DNA of 64,000 nucleotides from Myxococcota bacterium (GTDB lineage: Bacteria > Myxococcota_A > UBA9160 > UBA4427), in the NCBI GenBank assembly GCA_965250285.1, contig OZ252299.1:5056001-5120000 (forward strand), written 5' to 3'. Below the pieces are notes generated by a model. The model was not told where the DNA came from. It ran no database searches and was given only the letters and a program-made list of their open reading frames with translations. Each line of letters opens with the position of its first letter. Positions within the stretch are counted from its first letter, which is position 1. A program made the translations under genes and the position numbers. Below are positions 19,432 to 30,200 of the stretch, piece by piece.

Positions 19432-19489
19432 GCCTCGGCTCGCGTCCGGGCTCGGGCCGATGCTCGAGCCACCCCGAAAGGAGAACATC

Positions 19490-20029
19490 ATGTCCAGCGC
19501 CATGCCCATCTCGCTGCAGCGGCACCAGCACCTCTCGAACCTCAGTGAGCAGGCCGGCCAGCTCGCATCCGAGAGCGCCGATTGCCTCGTGCTCTTCAGC
19601 GCCGCGGCCGGGACGAACGCCAAGCCCGGATGGGCTCGGGCTCTTCCGAACGCCCTGCAGCTTCAGGCCCCCGGTGCCGAGGTCGACGACGGCGACCTGC
19701 GCGACGCGGTCCGCCACGCCGTGCACGAGCTCGGCGTCAGTGAAGTCCTCGTGATCCTGCACACCGGCTGCCCGACGCTAAAGCCGAACGACGAGTCGCC
19801 GATGACCCGACCCGAGCCGAACGATCTGATGGGTCGGATCCAGGTCAACCGCCAGCGCACCGAGGCGTCCCACGAGGCGGCAAAGCAGCGCGTGCGCGTG
19901 GCCGTTGGCTCGCTGTCGGCGGATGCATCGCTCGGCGACGTATCGGTGGGGGGCCTCGTCCACATCGATGAGAGCGGCGTGATGTTGAGCTACGACGCGA
20001 GCCGCGATGCCTTCGAGGCGCTGTTGTAG
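19490..20029 (+). CDS. Degenerate beta-carbonic-anhydrase-like protein
   Basis: AVHELGVSEVLVILHTGC matches the beta-CA HxxC region; CxDxR absent; AAGGAG RBS. Confidence 0.6.
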   Translation: MSSAMPISLQRHQHLSNLSEQAGQLASESADCLVLFSAAAGTNAKPGWARALPNALQLQAPGAEVDDGDLRDAVRHAVHELGVSEVLVILHTGCPTLKPNDESPMTRPEPNDLMGRIQVNRQRTEASHEAAKQRVRVAVGSLSADASLGDVSVGGLVHIDESGVMLSYDASRDAFEALL

Positions 20030-20212
20030 ACAGCGCCGAGCGCGATCGCGGCACACCGCGCCATGCGGTGACGTCGCGATGCGGGCGGGGTCGATGGGGG
20101 CACCGCTCGGTCCGGCCCGCGAGGTGCCGGCCGATGTGTCTCGTGTTCGTCGGCGTCGAGCGCGGGCGCCGCTGGATGCCGGTGGCGCCCGCTCAGGTCG
20201 CCGACGCTCGAA

Positions 20213-20566
20213 TCAGGGCGCGTCCTGCTCGATCATGTCGACGAGGTCGGCGATGCGACGATGCGCTTCGATCGGGTGGCGGAGCGGCGCCGACAGCGCG
20301 AACCGATAGTGGTTGCGCAGACCCTTGCGTTCGCGGATCACATAGCCGGCCTCTTCGAGCTCGCCGAGGATGCGCTGCACCGATCGCTCGGTGATCCCGA
20401 CGAGGTTGGCCACCTCGCGGAGCGTCAGATCGGGATCGCGGTGAAGTGAGATCAGCACGTGCGTGTGGTTCGACAAGAAGGTCCACTTGGGTCCTTCGCC
20501 GTCGGGCTCGGAGCGGCGCGCCGACTTGGCGGCTGCCTTCTTCGCCTTCTTCGCTCGTGCTGCCAT
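20213..20566 (-). CDS. Winged helix-turn-helix transcriptional regulator
   Basis: WTFLSNHTHVL, LREVANLVGITERSVQRIL HTH, GLRNHY wing. Confidence 0.85.
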   Translation of the reverse strand: MAARAKKAKKAAAKSARRSEPDGEGPKWTFLSNHTHVLISLHRDPDLTLREVANLVGITERSVQRILGELEEAGYVIRERKGLRNHYRFALSAPLRHPIEAHRRIADLVDMIEQDAP

Positions 20567-20774
20567 TCATCAACCCCAAGCTTTCGGTCGGCCGCAGCCG
20601 CGAACGCCGCGTTGGGCAGGTGCGAATGCCCGTCGACGTCGCCCCGCGAAAGATAGACGGCCCGCAGCGACTCGTCTGCCCGGCCAACCGAGGCGTATTG
20701 CGGGTCTCGGTTCGATCCTGTTTCCTCCTGCGAGGCGACTGCTCTGGTCGCCGCAGGCAGGAGATCCCATTCGC

Positions 20775-21383
20775 ATGGACGAGCTCATCGACGGCGTTCG
20801 CCGCTTCCAGTCGGACGTGTTTCCGTCTCGGCAACCGCTGTTCGAGTCGCTGGGTGCCGGGCAGCAGCCGCGGGCGCTGCTCGTGACCTGCTCCGATTCG
20901 CGCATCGATCCGTCGCTCTTCACCCAGACCGAGCCGGGTGAGCTCTTCGTCGTCCGGAACGCCGGCAACATCGTCCCGCCGGCCTCGGCGGGCACCGGCG
21001 GCGAGTCGGCCACGATCGAGTACGCCGTGCGCGTGCTCGGCGTCCAGTACGCGATCGTGTGCGGCCACAGCAAGTGTGGGGCGATGGCTGCAGCCGCCGA
21101 TCCAGAGAGCGCCGCGGAGCTGCCCCAGGTGAGTGAGTGGATCCGGTTCGCCGAAGAGGCGGTTCCGGCCGCGTCGGCCTTCTCGTCCGAGCCCGATGAA
21201 GCGCTCAGGGTGGTGGCGGCCAACGTGCTGCTGCAGCTCGACCATTTGCGCTCGCATCCCGCCGTCGCCGAGGCCGAGGCCGACGGCCGTCTCGAGCTGC
21301 ATGGCTGGATCTACCGCTTCGAGACCGGTGAGGTGTTGGTCGTCGACCCCAGCGGTGTGCTCCACGGCCTGAGCGAAGTCTGA
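20775..21383 (+). CDS. Beta-class carbonic anhydrase
   Basis: TCSDSRI, FVVRNAGN, IEYAV, CGHSKCGAM; AGGAG RBS. Confidence 0.95.
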   Translation: MDELIDGVRRFQSDVFPSRQPLFESLGAGQQPRALLVTCSDSRIDPSLFTQTEPGELFVVRNAGNIVPPASAGTGGESATIEYAVRVLGVQYAIVCGHSKCGAMAAAADPESAAELPQVSEWIRFAEEAVPAASAFSSEPDEALRVVAANVLLQLDHLRSHPAVAEAEADGRLELHGWIYRFETGEVLVVDPSGVLHGLSEV

Positions 21384-21410
21384 CCCGCACGACCCCGATC
21401 GAGTGAGCTG

Positions 21411-22019
21411 ATGGTCCGAGACGACGGGGCGCTGCGACTCTCGAGCCGGCTCGAGGTCGTCGTGCTCGTACGGCACGGCGAGACGACCGGTGAGTCGAGC
21501 ATTCGCTACCACGGCGCGAACGACGTCCCGCTGAATCACGTCGGGCGCGCCCATGCTCGGACCGCGGCCGAGACGATCGGTGGACTCGCCTTCGATGCAC
21601 ATGTCTCGAGCTCGCTCAGCCGTGCCGTCGAGAGCGCCGAGATCATCCGGCCCGACGCCGAGATCGTGCGCGACGACGACCTGCGCGAGATCGACTTCGG
21701 TCGGTGGGAGGGGCTGACGCGGGAGGAGATCCGCGCGCTCGACCCCGAGCTCGATGCGGAGTGGACCCGGCTGGGCCTCGACTTCGACTTTCCCGATGGC
21801 GAGCGCCGGGCCGACTTCACGGCGCGCGTCGACCGCGGTCTCGCTCGGGCGTTCGCCCTCGACGTCGAGCGTCTGCTGGTGGTCGCGCACAAAGGCGTCG
21901 TCCGACGCGGCGTCGAGCTCCTGACACGCGAAGCCCCGCCGGCGCCGCATCCCGAGCTGGGCGAGGTGTTTTATCTGGTGCGCCGAGGCGAACGCTTCGT
22001 GCGGCGCTCCCGATCATGA
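21411..22019 (+). CDS. Histidine phosphatase family protein
   Basis: LVRHGET, SSLSRA, LREIDFGRWEG, VAHKG. Confidence 0.9.
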   Translation: MVRDDGALRLSSRLEVVVLVRHGETTGESSIRYHGANDVPLNHVGRAHARTAAETIGGLAFDAHVSSSLSRAVESAEIIRPDAEIVRDDDLREIDFGRWEGLTREEIRALDPELDAEWTRLGLDFDFPDGERRADFTARVDRGLARAFALDVERLLVVAHKGVVRRGVELLTREAPPAPHPELGEVFYLVRRGERFVRRSRS

Positions 22020-22402
22020 AGCTGCGAAGGCAGTACCACTTCTGGCCCGGGGCCGCGGGTCTCGAAGCCTGGGACGTGCACCGCTTGATCGAGCTCGCGA
22101 GAGGCCTGCCCGTCTCGAGCGTGCCGCTGTCGCAGATCGACGAGGTCGACACCGTCTACTGGTACGACGGCGATCTGCACCGGCCCACGGTCCGGAGCGT
22201 GATCGAGCACGCGAAGCTGATGCAGGCCGCCGACCTCGACTACCCGATCATCCTGGCGAGCGACGGCCGCGTCATGGATGGCATGCATCGCGTGGCCAAG
22301 GCGCTGCTCGAGGGCCGCGAGACGATCGACGCGGTGCGATTCGAGACCGACCCGCCGCCCGACTACGTCGGCGTGTCGCCTCGCGATCTTCCCTACGACT
22401 AG
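22016..22402 (+). CDS. Small ParB/sulfiredoxin-like domain protein
   Basis: YPIIL..DGRVMDGMHRVAKA motif; ATGA overlap with phosphatase. Confidence 0.65.
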   Translation: MKLRRQYHFWPGAAGLEAWDVHRLIELARGLPVSSVPLSQIDEVDTVYWYDGDLHRPTVRSVIEHAKLMQAADLDYPIILASDGRVMDGMHRVAKALLEGRETIDAVRFETDPPPDYVGVSPRDLPYD

Positions 22403-22423
22403 ACGCCGATCCGCGCGCTCGGC

Positions 22424-24379
<1,956 letters not shown>

Positions 24380-24464
24380 GATTGCTGCTCCTGGTGGGGT
24401 TGCGTGTGCGGGTGGGGCCGCGGAATCCCGCGCTGATCGGTGCGATCGGCGCCGACCTTGAGCC

Positions 24465-25754
24465 TCAGGCCATCCAGCGCTCGACTTCTTCGGGCGCCTT
24501 GGGGATGGCCGTGTTGAGGTTCTCGTGCCCACTCGCGGTGACGACCACATCGTCTTCGATGCGCACGCCGATGCCGCGCAGCCGCTCGGGAGCGTTGTCG
24601 TCATCGACCGGCACGTAGATCCCGGGCTCGACGGTGAACGCCATGCCGGGCTCGAGCGGGCGCGGCTCGTGGTCGCGCCGGTAGAGGCCGACGTCGTGGA
24701 CGTCGAGCCCGAGCCAATGGCTCGTGCCGTGCATGTAGTAGTCGCGATACGACTCGGTCTCGATGATGCCGTCGAGCTCGCCCTCGATCAGCCCGAGCGT
24801 CTTCATGTGCTCGCAGAGTCGGCGCACCGTCGCGTCGTGGATCGCGGGCAGGGTCGAGCCCGGCTTGCACAGGTCGAGCGCGAGCAGCTGGGCGTCGAGG
24901 ACGGCTTCGTACACGTCCCGCGCCGCGCCTTCATAGCGGCCGCCCACGGGATAGGTGCGGGTCACGTCGCTCGCGTAGCCCTGATACTCGACGCCGGCAT
25001 CGATCAGCACGAGGTCGCCGGCCGACAGTGCAGCGTCGTTGCTCACGTAGTGCAGGATCGTCGCGTTCTCGCCGCCGGCCACGATGCTGCCGTACGCGGG
25101 CCCCGACCCTCCAGCGCCGCGAAAGTGCCTGAAGAGCTCGGCCTCGAGCTCGTACTCGAAGCGCCCGGGCTTCGCGATGTGGGCCGCCGCGCGATGCGCC
25201 TTTTCGCTGATCTCGGCCGCGCGTCGCATGAGCTTCAGCTCGTCATCGGCCTTGAAGAGGCGCATCTCATGCAACAGGCCGCGCGGGTCGACCATCTCTT
25301 CGACCGGCGGTGGCGCGCTGCGCGACTGACGTCGTGCGTCGGCCTGGATCTGTACCAGTCGCTCGTCGATGTCGGTGCGTCGACCGAGGCTGTGATAGAG
25401 GCGGTCGACGCCGCGCACGATCTCGGGCAGGCGCTCGATGAAGAGCGCCACGTCGTGCGCCTCGTCGGCGCCATACCGCTCGACGGCGCCTTCGACGCCC
25501 GGGCGGCGTCCCGTCCATGTCTCGGCGGCCTTGTCGCGCGGCTGCACGAAGAGCGTGTACTTCGGCCCGCCGTCGGTGCGAAGCACGGCGATCGCGTCGG
25601 GGTGCTCGAACCCCGTCAGGTACCAGAAGTCGCTGTCCTGTCGGAACGGGAACTCGGTGTCGTTCGAGCGGGTCACGAGCCCCGCGCCGATCACGATCGC
25701 GACGGCGTCGGGCCCCATCGCTTCGAGCAGCCGTGTGCGTCGTTCTTCGAACAT
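24465..25754 (-). CDS. pepP: Xaa-Pro aminopeptidase P
   Basis: [45 protein letters not shown]. Confidence 0.95.
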   Translation of the reverse strand: MFEERRTRLLEAMGPDAVAIVIGAGLVTRSNDTEFPFRQDSDFWYLTGFEHPDAIAVLRTDGGPKYTLFVQPRDKAAETWTGRRPGVEGAVERYGADEAHDVALFIERLPEIVRGVDRLYHSLGRRTDIDERLVQIQADARRQSRSAPPPVEEMVDPRGLLHEMRLFKADDELKLMRRAAEISEKAHRAAAHIAKPGRFEYELEAELFRHFRGAGGSGPAYGSIVAGGENATILHYVSNDAALSAGDLVLIDAGVEYQGYASDVTRTYPVGGRYEGAARDVYEAVLDAQLLALDLCKPGSTLPAIHDATVRRLCEHMKTLGLIEGELDGIIETESYRDYYMHGTSHWLGLDVHDVGLYRRDHEPRPLEPGMAFTVEPGIYVPVDDDNAPERLRGIGVRIEDDVVVTASGHENLNTAIPKAPEEVERWMA

Positions 25755-26236
25755 CGGCCGCCGATGGTAGCGCCCGGGATTCGCGGGCGGCGATGAGGGG
25801 TGCGCGCGAATGGCTCGCCCTCGTCGGGCGCGGCCTGCCGCGGCGAGTGCATCTCGTCGCCGCGCCCCGGTTCGCCAGCCCCTGCGACCTGGCGGCGGCG
25901 ATCTGCGGGCCGGTCTGGGGCCAGGATGTGGGCCGCCCGTGCCCTGGCCCGCGAACCCTGGGCTCGTCGGGGTGCGGTAGGCACCCGTGCTGCATTCCTC
26001 GGCGTGCCTCGGCGCGGAGATGCCGCCAGAGGCGGCAGTGCTGCCTGAAGTGGCAGGCATGGGTAAGTGTTTGAAATAATGACCGAAAGCGTCTTTGGGG
26101 TCGAATCGAGGTGGGGGTGCCAACGAATGTTGCCGCCGCAGGTGGCACGGTCCAGGGTTGCGCCGCGATCCGGCTCGTGCTCGAAAAGCGTCGGTGATCC
26201 GGGTGTTTACGAGAAAATTCGCGCACTCGAGATGGT

Positions 26237-26252
26237 TGGCACGCGCTCTGCA
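26237..26252 (+). promoter_or_regulatory. Putative sigma54 (-24/-12) promoter
   Basis: TGGCACG-CGCT-CTGCA with exact GG-N10-GC spacing (GG 26238-39, GC 26250-51). Confidence 0.6.
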
Positions 26253-26262
26253 ATACCCCAGA

Positions 26263-26581
26263 CCATAGTCAGTCTGGCCTGAGTGGCCCGGATGTTTAAC
26301 GGGCGCGTTCATCCGGGTCACTCAGTGTCCGGGCCCTGGACTCTCGAAACGAGGCGCTTTCCCCCAGATTCGCACCCCGCCGAACCAGAGCCCGGACGCC
26401 AGGCTGAGCAAGACCTCGAGCGAGCTCGAGTGGCAACGAGACAAGACAAGGCAAGACAAGGCAACGCAACAACAGACGCAACGGTCGCCGCATCCCTGAC
26501 CCGAGCGTCGGCTTCTTCTCCTGGAAGCTCCGACCCGAACGAGATGGCGCCTTCGCACTGACCCCGCGAAGGCGCCTTCTT
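26263..26581 (+). ncRNA. Candidate structured small RNA
   Basis: Downstream of sigma54 site; stems 26279-26325 and 26326-26398; CA-rich tract 26433-26482; ends in terminator-like hairpin; no credible ORF. Confidence 0.4.
26542..26581. terminator. Intrinsic terminator-like hairpin (may be bidirectional)
   Basis: GGCGCCTTCGC-ACTGACCCC-GCGAAGGCGCC followed by TTCTT. Confidence 0.7.
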
Positions 26582-26652
26582 GCATCTGGGGCTCGATCGA
26601 TCGAGCGTCGGCCTGATCCGGCCCGCAGCGAACTCAGCGGCCGGCAGCGAAC

Positions 26653-27858
26653 TCAGCGACGACGGCGTCGCGAGGCGGGCTTCTCGTCGACCGGCGGCGC
26701 GGCGGCGCGCGCTTCGACAACGAACTCAGCGACCTCGCCACCGAACTCCTTCGAGAACCAGCGCTTGAGTTCGGGGACGTCCTGAAGATCGCTCGCCTTG
26801 TCGGGGTTCGCCCAGGCGATCGCTTCGAGCGCGGCGTTCGGGCAGAGCACGCCCGGATCGAGGCCCAGGTCTTCGGCCCGACCTGCCCGCCACTCCTTCA
26901 GTTTCGTGAAGAGGCGTTCGGTGCGGCGATCCATGCGCTTGCGCCCCGTTCCGTTCGAGAGCTTGGGGATCGGCCCGTGCGGCTTCTTCACGCCCTTCTG
27001 GACGGCGGTGAGGATGTCGCCGCCCATCCGTCGCACGATCAGCTCGGACACACCCTTGATGCGGGACAGCTCTTCGGCGGCACCGGGCTGCAGCTTTGCG
27101 AGCTCGAGGAGTGTGCGGTTGCCGAGCACCTTGAAGGGCGGCCGGTCGATGTCGCGCGCTCGCTTGTCCCGCATCAGGTAGAGCTCGCGCAAGGCGGCGA
27201 GGCTGGTGGGATCGAGGGTCTTGGCGCCCTTGATCCGCAGGTAGCCGAGCTTGTCGAACTCGCGCTCGGGCCAGCTGCGCTTGGCGAGCGTGTCGAATTC
27301 GGACTGCGCCCAGTCGCGCCGATCCTTGGTTTCGAGCTCCTTCTCCAGCTTCTCGGCGAGCTGGATCAGGTAGACGACGTCGCTGGCCGCATACCAGAGC
27401 TGCTTGTCGGTGAGCGGCCTGCGCGACCAGTCGCTGCGTTGTTCGTCCTTTGGCAGCTTCGTGCCGAAGTGGTGCTCGACGAGCGCGGCGAGGCCGATCG
27501 CGGGATAGCCGAGCAGCTGAGCCGAGATCATGGTGTCGAACACGTTCTTGAACTCGAAGCCGCAGTCGCGCTTCAGCACGAAGATGTCGTACTCGCCGGC
27601 ATGGAAGAGCACCCGCACGCTGGGCGACTTCATCATCTTGCTCAGGGGCTCGAGCTCGGCGGGGCCACCCAGAGCCAGAGGGTCGATGAGCCATGTGCCC
27701 TTGCGCGTGCCGATCTGGACGAGGCAGGTCTTGTCGAAGTAGTGATAGAAGCTGTCGGCCTCGGTATCGACCGCGACGACCTCTTCCTTCACGAGCGCCT
27801 TCGCAAGCGCTTCGAGCGCCGGCTTCTCGGTAATCAGCTCGTAATCAGGCTTGGACAC
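26653..27858 (-). CDS. rnd: Ribonuclease D (DEDDy exonuclease + HRDC domains)
   Basis: AVDTEADS, FHAGEYD, SDWSRRPLT, YAASDV, two HRDC-like segments; GTG start at 27858 assumed. Confidence 0.92.
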   Translation of the reverse strand: MSKPDYELITEKPALEALAKALVKEEVVAVDTEADSFYHYFDKTCLVQIGTRKGTWLIDPLALGGPAELEPLSKMMKSPSVRVLFHAGEYDIFVLKRDCGFEFKNVFDTMISAQLLGYPAIGLAALVEHHFGTKLPKDEQRSDWSRRPLTDKQLWYAASDVVYLIQLAEKLEKELETKDRRDWAQSEFDTLAKRSWPEREFDKLGYLRIKGAKTLDPTSLAALRELYLMRDKRARDIDRPPFKVLGNRTLLELAKLQPGAAEELSRIKGVSELIVRRMGGDILTAVQKGVKKPHGPIPKLSNGTGRKRMDRRTERLFTKLKEWRAGRAEDLGLDPGVLCPNAALEAIAWANPDKASDLQDVPELKRWFSKEFGGEVAEFVVEARAAAPPVDEKPASRRRRR

Positions 27859-28083
27859 TCGCCTCGACACCCCATGCTCGACGCTCTTCTCGACGCCGAG
27901 CTGCGAGTCCGTGGGCTTCACGCCCGGGAGGGACTCGGAACCATTGCGTGGGGGGAGGCCTTGGGAGCCCGCCGCGTCGGCGACCGGGCCCATTCAATCT
28001 AGCCGAGCGCCACCGCGGACGAAACCGCAGAACCCGCCCGACTCGCCTTGCCGCCCGTCGATCGGCTGGACGAGACTCGGGCC

Positions 28084-29277
28084 ATGGGCACCCTCGGCCT
28101 CGGCCACTCGACGCGAAACGACCCCTCGGACGCCGCCGCCGAAGCGGCCGAGCGGGCGTGCGCGGCGCTCGGAGGGGCTGCACCGGCGGCGGCCGTCGTG
28201 GTCTCGACCGGCGCATATGGCGGCGAGGCAGCTCAGCAGCGGCTGGCCGCCCGGGCGTGCGCCGCGCTGGGCACGGCTGAGATCGCGGGCGCTGCGCTCG
28301 ATGGCCTGATGGTCGGCGGCGCCGAGTGGACCGGCGAGCCGGCGGTGGCGGTCCTGGCGTGGGCCGAGCCCGCGGGCCGCCCCGAGGCGCGGTCGGCCGT
28401 GCCCGAGGTCGCGCTCTTCGACGCGGTCGGCGGCCACGAAGACGACCTCGGCACGTGGCTCGCGAGTGCCTTCGGATCACCGCTGGGCCCAGGCGACCTG
28501 GTCGTGTGCTTTGCCGAGCCCCACGCCATCGACGGCGCCCGGCTGGCACGGAGTCTCGGCGCGCTCGCGGCCGGGACGGTCGTTGGGATCGCCGCGGGTG
28601 AGACCACCGGGGAGAGCCAGCCGGTCTGGGCCGGCGATGAGATCGTTCGAGGGGGCCTGGCGGCGCTGCGCCTGCCGTCGCCGTCCGGCACGCCGCCCCG
28701 CGTCGCCCTCACGCAGGCCGGTCGTCCGATCGGCGAGCCGATGCGCATCACCCGCGCGCGGGGCCACTGGATCGCAAGCCTCGAGGATCGCCCGGCGATC
28801 GAGGTCTACCGCGATGCGGCGCCCGCGCCGCTGCGCGACGACCTCGCCCGGGCCGCGCGCAGCGTGCTCGTCGCTCTGGAAGGCGTCGATGCGCAGGGGG
28901 CGCCCCGCCGCCGCATTCGCAACGTGATCGGCTTCGACGAGGCCCGGGGTGCGTTCTCGGTGGCGGAGGCGCCCGCTCCTGGGGAGCGGCTGGCGCTGGT
29001 CGCGCTCGACGCGAGGTCGGCCCGGGACGAGCTCGGTCGACTCGGTGCGCATTTCGACGTGTCGGTGCCCGCGGCGGGTGCCCTCTATCTGAACTGTCGA
29101 GCGCGCGCCCAGGCCCTCTTCGAGCACGAGGGCTACGAGCTGGGCCGCGTCGAATCGCTCGTCGGGGGGCTGCCCGTCCTCGGCCTCATGGGCTCTCACC
29201 TCTATGCGCCCGCAGAGGCGCGCGCCCCGGTCGAGCTCCACACCTACGCCGCCCTCGCCGCCCTGATCGACGCCTGA
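28084..29277 (+). CDS. FIST signal-transduction domain protein
   Basis: TQAGRPIGEPMRITRA, LEDRPA, LYLNCRAR, ELHTY pattern of FIST_N/FIST_C. Confidence 0.75.
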   Translation: MGTLGLGHSTRNDPSDAAAEAAERACAALGGAAPAAAVVVSTGAYGGEAAQQRLAARACAALGTAEIAGAALDGLMVGGAEWTGEPAVAVLAWAEPAGRPEARSAVPEVALFDAVGGHEDDLGTWLASAFGSPLGPGDLVVCFAEPHAIDGARLARSLGALAAGTVVGIAAGETTGESQPVWAGDEIVRGGLAALRLPSPSGTPPRVALTQAGRPIGEPMRITRARGHWIASLEDRPAIEVYRDAAPAPLRDDLARAARSVLVALEGVDAQGAPRRRIRNVIGFDEARGAFSVAEAPAPGERLALVALDARSARDELGRLGAHFDVSVPAAGALYLNCRARAQALFEHEGYELGRVESLVGGLPVLGLMGSHLYAPAEARAPVELHTYAALAALIDA

Positions 29278-29348
29278 GCCCCACGCGGCTCACCAGAGCG
29301 CGCCGATGCTTCATTTTCATTGCAGTGCGCCGATCCGTCGTCTAGCGT

Positions 29349-29385
29349 GTTTCGTAATACGAGACATCGTTCCGAAATATGGAAC
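29349..29385. promoter_or_regulatory. Two tandem IclR-type palindromic operators
   Basis: GTTTCGTAATACGAGAC (29349-29365) and GTTCCGAAATATGGAAC (29369-29385) directly upstream of the IclR gene. Confidence 0.6.
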
Positions 29386-29399
29386 CACTTGAGGACCCG

Positions 29400-30200
29400 A
29401 TGCCCGCAGCTCCCGCACCGACGGCTCCGGCGACCGATGGCGCCGGCAGCATCGACAAGGCGATCGACGTGCTGTTCCACCTGCATGCGCAGCCCGAGCC
29501 CCAGGGCGTGTCGGCGGTGGGGCGCGCGCTGGGCCTACCGAAATCGAGTGTGCATCGGCTCTTGCGCGCGCTGACCCGACGCGGGCTGGTCGAGCGCGAT
29601 GACGGCGGGCAATACCGCATGGGGGTCGGGCTCGTAGCGCTCGGGCAGGCGGTGCTCGACCGGGAGCCCGTCGCCGTTGCGGCGCGGCCGGTGCTCGAGG
29701 CCAACGCCCGTGCCCATGGCGAGACGTTCTTTCTGGTGGCCGCGCGCGGTGGCCAGCTCGTGGTGCTCGACAAAGCGGAGGGCGACGGGTTTCTGCGCGC
29801 GGCGCCGCGGGTGGGCGCCAGCGTGCCGGCCTTTGCAACTGCGGCGGGCAAGCTCTACCGGGCCTTTGCCCCGAACGAGATCGATTGGCCCGCCGAACCC
29901 GAAGCCTTCACCGATCGGACGCTGACCGAGGTCGGCGTCCTCGATCGCGCCGCCGTGAGCGCGCGCCGCAAGGGCTACGCGCGCAACCAGGACGAGTGGA
30001 TCCGCGGGCTCACGGTCGTCGCAGCGCCCGTCATGCTCGCCGGGCGGCTCGCGGGCGCGGTCGCCATCGCGGGCGCCACCTCGAGCATGCGCGCGCTCGG
30101 TGACGAGCGGGGGCGTGATCTCGTTCTCGAAGCGGCCAGAGACATCCAATCGAGGCTCTCGGGCGCGGCTGCGTCCGTGCGCACGGAGACATCGAGATGA
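29400..30200 (+). CDS. IclR-family transcriptional regulator
   Basis: SIDKAIDVL, LPKSSVHRLL HTH, TAAGK, RRKGYA; GAGGA RBS before ATG 29400. Confidence 0.92.
   Translation: MPAAPAPTAPATDGAGSIDKAIDVLFHLHAQPEPQGVSAVGRALGLPKSSVHRLLRALTRRGLVERDDGGQYRMGVGLVALGQAVLDREPVAVAARPVLEANARAHGETFFLVAARGGQLVVLDKAEGDGFLRAAPRVGASVPAFATAAGKLYRAFAPNEIDWPAEPEAFTDRTLTEVGVLDRAAVSARRKGYARNQDEWIRGLTVVAAPVMLAGRLAGAVAIAGATSSMRALGDERGRDLVLEAARDIQSRLSGAAASVRTETSR

Noticed and set aside
14778..21383. Horizontally mobile island or prophage boundaries
   Set aside because: No integrase, transposase, tRNA attachment site or obvious compositional shift in the coding regions
26142..26161. Second sigma54 site (TGGCACGG...TTGC)
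   Set aside because: GG-to-GC spacing is longer than the required 10 bp
26283..26561. 92-aa protein in the pepP-rnd gap
   Set aside because: No RBS, atypical codon usage, stop lies in the terminator loop; RNA structure explains the region better, though a peptide cannot be excluded
26237..26581. Known housekeeping RNA (tmRNA, RNase P, SRP, 6S)
   Set aside because: No tRNA-like ends, no GAGGAAAGTCC, no SRP GGAA-loop motif, and not a single long rod; an Rfam search is still needed
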